From: the human T2T-CHM13v2.0 reference genome, Homo sapiens
Assembly (NCBI RefSeq): GCF_009914755.1
Contig: NC_060926.1
Reading direction: 5' to 3' (one strand)
Length of the DNA: 64,000 nt
The translations under genes were made by a program, and so were the position numbers. The notes below the pieces were generated by a model. It had not been told where the DNA came from. It ran no database searches and saw nothing but the letters and a program-made list of their open reading frames with translations. Shown here in pieces: positions 57,566-64,000 of the stretch; positions within the stretch are counted from its first letter, which is position 1; every line of letters begins with the position of its first letter.

Positions 57566-57861
57566 TATAAAGTGAAGAATGGCTTCCACAATGTTCAGGT
57601 CACATTTTCCTAAACAGAATTCTGTTGTATTTACCTGTGATGTGGCTATTAATCAGTTTTATCTGAGAAGGCAGGTCTAAGCACTAATCACTTCAAAGGC
57701 ATTTTTTTTTCTTTTCCTCCTTAAATTATTCTGTCCGTTGTATAGACAAAGCAAGTTTTGCTATTCATTAAAAATCACTGCTGAGTGATCACCCTGCAGT
57801 TTCTAAGAAGGGGCAAAAAAACTATGTAGAGTTGCAAATACCATACAAGAAATAGATTTGA

Positions 57862-58203
<342 letters not shown>

Positions 58204-59106
58204 GACTTTGTTGTATTTTCTAAATCAATACCACTCTAAGTAGCCAGTGAAGGAACTATTTGTTACTTGGCCCTGTGTATGAAAAGCTGTTTCATATACT
58301 CCATTCTCTGGCCATATTAGGGAAGACAAACACCGATGAAACATTTATTCCTTTGCTACTATCCCCATTGCAAAGTTCTTTCCATCATCCAGACACATTG
58401 CCTTTATGTTTACCTACTGTTTACATATAAATTAATTCACTTGAAAATAAATTGCCAAAATAATTTTATTAATGACATATAATAAATATTCTTGAGTGGT
58501 TTCTCATACTTTAAGATTTCTGCTCTTAGTATCAAAATAATAATCATAAATGAGAAATCAAATGCTATGTAATTGACTTAAGTCCATTTTAAATTTTGTT
58601 CCCAGTGGAGACACAGAATAGGTTTCCATCTTCTAATAATTAGTCTAACAGTTATTAAATGCATCTTATCTTTCCATTGTAATCAAAGAAATAAAATGAA
58701 AACAATATATCACTATTTGTCTATCAAATTGGTACAGATTAAAACAATAATAACAACCCAGTGTTGGCTGGGGTTAAGACAAATGTATTTCCTAGAATGG
58801 CTGCATAAGTGTTTAATGTATCTTATTTTTTAAAAAAGTAAATAACCAAAGCAAGAAACACTGGGGGACCTGGATCAATAATATGTAGTACATCAAAATA
58901 ATAATATGTCACACAGCAATGAAAATATGTGGAAAAACATTCATGGTAAATTGAGAATATTTATTCACACAAGAAGTATTTATTAAATATTTACTATGTG
59001 TCAGATACTGTGCTAGCTGGGTAATGGGTTGGTAGGAATAAGTAAGACCGACATTGTCCTTGTCTTCACAGAGATGACCAAGTCTGCTGTTGATTGACCT
59101 CTCTAG

Positions 59107-59415
<309 letters not shown>

Positions 59416-59429
59416 GAAAAAAATATTTT

Positions 59430-60360
59430 CTATTGAGGTAGAATTAACAAATAATTAAAATGTACAGATCTTAGATGTTCTGTTGAATGAGTTTTGAAAA
59501 TTTTATATGCACATATAACTATCCCCCCACAAAGATATGGAACATTTCCACAGAAAGTTCCCCTATGCTCCCTTCCATGAATCCTCACCTTCTTTCCAAG
59601 TTGCTCTGTGTATTTTCTTGGTGAGGTGTATGGTTTCCACAGCAAAAATAGACCACAACTTATCCATTTTCCTATTGATGGACATGTGAGCTGTTTCCAG
59701 TTTTGAACTATCATGAATAAGGCTGCTACTCTGTGTAGTAAATGCATGTATAAGATATGAACATGTTTCTATTTCTTTTGAGTAAATACTGAAAGTTGGA
59801 ATTACTGGATCACAGTGTAGATACATGCTTAACTTAAATGAAAACGCCAATTTTCCAAAGCAGTTGTACCACTTTATATTCCCACCAGCAATGCATGACA
59901 GTTCCTTTTGTTCCCCTTCCTTATCCACACTTGGTGGTGTTATTTTCATTTTAGCCATTCTATTAAGTATGAAATCATATTCAATTATGGTTATAATCTG
60001 CCTTTCCATGATCGCTTAAAGATGCTGAGTACTTTTCCATGTTTATTCATTTATCTTCTTTTATAAAGTATATGTTCAAGTCTTGCTGATTTTAAAAGCT
60101 GGGTCATTGGTCTTTATATTGTTCATTTGCAGAAAATTTAAAAATATACATTCTGAAAACAAGTCCTTTGCCAGATATTTGTGTTGTGAATATATTTTTG
60201 TAGCTGGTGGCTACTCTACTTAATGGTGTTTTTTGATGAACAGAAGTTTTTCAACATAATGAGGTCCATTTATTTTTCCTTTTATGGTTAGTGCTTTTTG
60301 TGACTTATCCAAGAGATCTTTGCCTATCCTGGGTTGTGAAGATATTCTTCTATGTTTCAG
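59430..60360 (-). mobile_element. Old L1M (L1ME/MC-like) 3' fragment
   Basis: ttttgaactatcatgaataaggctgct; ccaaagcagttgtaccactttatattcccaccagcaatg; ttagccattct. Confidence 0.8.
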
Positions 60361-60874
60361 TGAAGGATTCTGACATGAGAAAATGGCAGAGTGGAAGTGT
60401 TTGAAGCTAATCAGAATGCCCTGCATAGGAAAAGAAGCAACAGAGTCAAGGACAGTAAGTTAGGAGGCAGTTACCTAATTTCAAAATGAAGTGATGCAGT
60501 TTTAGTCTTGCTTGACAAGCAGTGTAACTGAAGAGGAAGAGATGAATAAAGGTGAGATTTAGAAGAAAAAAACATGAAACTTGATTAACTGAATATCATA
60601 TATAAAAGAAGATATGTTAAAATGATTTGAAGAGCCCAAGCCTAAATGACTCACAGGGTGCCAATACTAACAAAGACAGGAAAGTCCGAAAGTAGATTCC
60701 ATTGTGGATATTACTATAGAAAAAATAGGCAGTTTAGTTTTATATATCTTACATTTAGTACGATAAGAGAATATTCAAATGAAGATTTCTTGTTGACAAT
60801 CAGGAATAATGAAACTTGAAAAGGGCAAAGAGGAGAAACTAAGGCTAGGTTTATAAGTCATTAGCAGAGAGCAA

Positions 60875-61045
60875 TCCTTCTCAAAGTATCATCCAAGTGT
60901 CAGCAACATCAATATCACCTGGGAGCACGCTGGACAACTGTCAGGCCCCATCTGAATCAGAAACTTGGAAGGTGAGGTCCTGCAGTCTGTTTTAATAAAG
61001 CCTCCAGATGATTCTAATGCACACTAAAGTGTGAGAACCAACAGC
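60875..61045. mobile_element. MER5A DNA transposon fragment
   Basis: ttctcaaagt...atcacctgggag...ctgaatcagaaact...ccagatgattctaatgcacactaaagtgtgagaacca. Confidence 0.8.
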
Positions 61046-61989
61046 ACACAAGCTACAGCTGAGGCATAAGCACAAAAGGCAAGTGAAAAAAGTTAACAAT
61101 TCCACAATTACTAATCCCTAGGGAAGAGTCATGGCCGACAGAGAAAACTCAGTAGAGACGAGATTAGAAATGAAAGGCTAATAAGCCTGTCATCCAAAAG
61201 CCAAGCAGAAGAGGGTGTCATGAAGTTTCTAAGTTTGGTTTATTCTGAGAGAGAAAGAGACAGAAAGAGAAAAGCACATAGAATGAAAGTGCTCTTTCTC
61301 CATTCAAGACCCCCACCCCCAAAATGAAGGTCATATAGTTTTGAGGAAGAACATTAATCATGATCTACTTTCCAGACTAGCTTTCCTTCGAATAAGGGAA
61401 ATCTGCAGAGTAATAATAAAACATATATTGCTACACAGCCACATGTTTTTGAAAGGGAAAGCAGAAACTGACAGGCATTTTACATATGCCATTTCATTTA
61501 CTACTTAATGATTTCAGATTGGTATCATTTGTCTACAGTGGTAAATGCAGGATTCAAGCCCATCTAACTTCAAAGTTCCTGATCTTCCTATTGTATCAAG
61601 TTGCCTGTTTATTTTCAAAAACTCAATTTGTGAATTGAGAGCTATACTTTTCAAATGATATTTTTTCCTTCATTTGTACACAGAAGACTGCTGAGCTTTT
61701 TATGGGGGCCCAAGTGACAATGAGTAATATGCCACTTTCAAGGAAGAAGGAGAGAAATGAGCAGTAGTGTGAAAGGCAAGCAGGGTCAAAATATGCTGTT
61801 GTTCTAAGATCGGAGAAATAACATCATGCTTATATGCTACTGGGGAACATCCACTGAGGGAGGAAGAACTGATGATGCAGGAGAGAGAGATGAACTACTT
61901 CAGGAGATGAATGGAGATATATAATCATGTGTACATGTGTATTTGGCTAATAGCATAACTGGGGGTTAAGCAAATCACTGCACATATTT

Positions 61990-62255
61990 TTGTGCAGCGA
62001 ATGGCCTGTAGGCTTTTAAATGACTTAAAAAAAAGAAAAATATTTTGTGACAGTGAAATTACATAAAACTCAAATTTCAGTGTCCATAAATAAAATTCTG
62101 TTTGAACAACGACATGCCCATGCCCATCTGTTTACACTATTGTCTATGGCTGCTTTTGCATTACAATGACAAAGTTGAGTAGCTACAACAGAGACTGTGT
62201 GGTCCTAGACAAAAATATCCTGATCTATTATAGACAGTATGTGCTAACCCTGGCA
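61990..62255. mobile_element. MER58-like DNA transposon
   Basis: tcagtgtccataaataaaa...tattgtctatggctgcttttg...gttgagtagctacaacagagac. Confidence 0.75.
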
Positions 62256-62399
62256 TACACAGCCTATCCACCTGTGCTCTAAACTGTAGATGTATCTAAC
62301 CAGAATAGATTGACTTCAAATCATCCAAATAGTTTATTAATGAAGACTAAAAGTCAGTGTTGAACAAAAGGGATACATTCAATGGATTTCATCCAGCCA

Positions 62400-62665
62400 G
62401 CTATTTGATCAATCAACAATATTTACTGAGTCCAGTGCCAAGCATTGGAAATACAAAATGAACAAAACATGCATGGTCCTTATTCTCATGGAATTTAAAT
62501 TCTTACAAGACAAAAAACAAAACAAAAACAAGAGACAAGTAACCAAGATGATACAGCTTGTGATAAGTGCTCTGAAGGAAATAAACATGATGCTATGATA
62601 GAGAACAAAAGGGAATCTGGGGGTGTTATTCTAGACAAGGCAGTCACACAAGGTGTTTCTGTGGA
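62400..62665 (-). mobile_element. L2 3' fragment
   Basis: caacaatatttactgag...gtgccaagcattggaaatacaaaatgaacaaaa...ggtccttattctcatggaa. Confidence 0.7.
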
Positions 62666-64000
62666 AGCACAGAGTCATCCATCGTAGGGGGAAGTGGTAT
62701 GGGTAAAGCAGACCATTAAATACTCTGAGATTTCCGTAGACATAGAAACAGGAGGATGGAGAAATTTATACATTGTGAAGAGCATATGCAGAGACTACTT
62801 TCCCTGATGAATTTTCCAATGGTATTTTTACTACAAAGTACACACAGTGTAATTATATAATGGGTCCAAATGGTTCAGGAACAAAATACAAATTAAAAAA
62901 AAAAAACACAACACTATATAATTACTTAATTACCCGAAGGACAAGAATGGTTCCAGAGAGCCATTTCTGCTTATCAGGTATATACAGTAACACTTTTGTC
63001 TTTTTTAAAATGGGGGAAAAGCATTCCACACAATGTAAGTTTTCAGGATGCTGGCAAATGTGCACATACCAAAGAAAGTATAAATGGTAGGCACTGCTTA
63101 AAATAACATTAAACTTTTCCTACTTTTTAATTCTAAGAACACATTACAACAATTAAATATCAAAATGATCATAAAAGAATAAATATTAGAAAGAGTAGAA
63201 TATTCTTTGGTTGCAATTCATACATAGCTAATGCAGCATAACATAGCAGTTGAAGCTTGACAAACGATAAGCTATGAACTTTGGGAAAGAGCTAGCGTCA
63301 CTTGGTTCTTAATTTCTTTCTTGGCATATACCAGCATAACTACTTAAAATACAATCTGTCCATTTTGTGGGATGGTTATGCAGTTTTTTCCATGTTTTAA
63401 AATAAATCTTAAATTAACCTGTTTCTAGAGTAAAACCAACTTTCTACTTAAAATTTAAGCAGTTTGAAGCAGCACAAAAACTGTTCAGTAGTCTTTTAAA
63501 TATTTATAAAATAATTATGCAATTCCGGTTTATTTCTCCTGATGAAAAATGATAAAAACACATGATTTTCAACCACTTGAAAAGCCAGACACACAGGTCT
63601 ATTGAAACATAGGTACAATTCAATGTAATGATTCATAGTGTCTCTAATAGAAAGATTCAGCAGTTCTCAATCGAGACCTTTATTCCTTCTCTGAATAAAT
63701 GATGCCTGAAATTTTTATTCTTGTTCTAATGGAATTTCAATGGCCTTCACTGCAAATCTACTGGAAATTTTTGCATATTAAGTGGAAAAAATTAAATGAT
63801 GTTAACCACATTTTAATGTGATTAAGGCTGACAGGGTCATTATTTCTGCTAATCACTCAGTTTAAAAAGCTCAAACAAAACTTTATAACAGACAAGGTTT
63901 TTAATTTTATGTATATCTTGTTGAAATAGAAAAAAAAAGGTAGAAGAAAAAGAAGGGAAAAACTACACTATAGTCCTTGAGAAAAATCAATGAGTAGTTC

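Overview
Human (hominid) genomic DNA, recognisable as the 3' end of OLA1 (Obg-like ATPase 1, 2q31.1) on the minus strand plus about 29 kb of downstream intergenic sequence. The last four OLA1 coding exons (38268-38408, 37496-37592, 35312-35434, 31780-31881) splice in frame to the C-terminal ~153 aa. They are followed by a 3' UTR with proximal (~31376) and distal (~28814) AATAAA signals. Everything above 38408 is one long intron. The window opens in the 3' end of a processed RPSA pseudogene. The rest is mostly interspersed repeats: about 30 Alu/FLAM copies, MaLR/ERVL LTRs, MIR, L2, old L1M fragments and MER DNA transposons. There is also one full-length ~2.4 kb SVA (E-like) with a perfect 12-bp TSD, inserted sense to OLA1. 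Apart from the two ORFs that overlap OLA1 exons, the ORF track is spurious. I see no wholly new biological system. The best leads are the sense intronic SVA, a Cys rather than Tyr at OLA1 codon 254, a candidate in-frame cryptic exon, a candidate intronic polyadenylation site, chimeric and monomeric Alus, an unexplained dispersed duplication and two enhancer-like unique blocks. Repeat subfamily calls, exon numbers and residue numbers are by eye and from memory of consensus sequences, and repeat boundaries are approximate.
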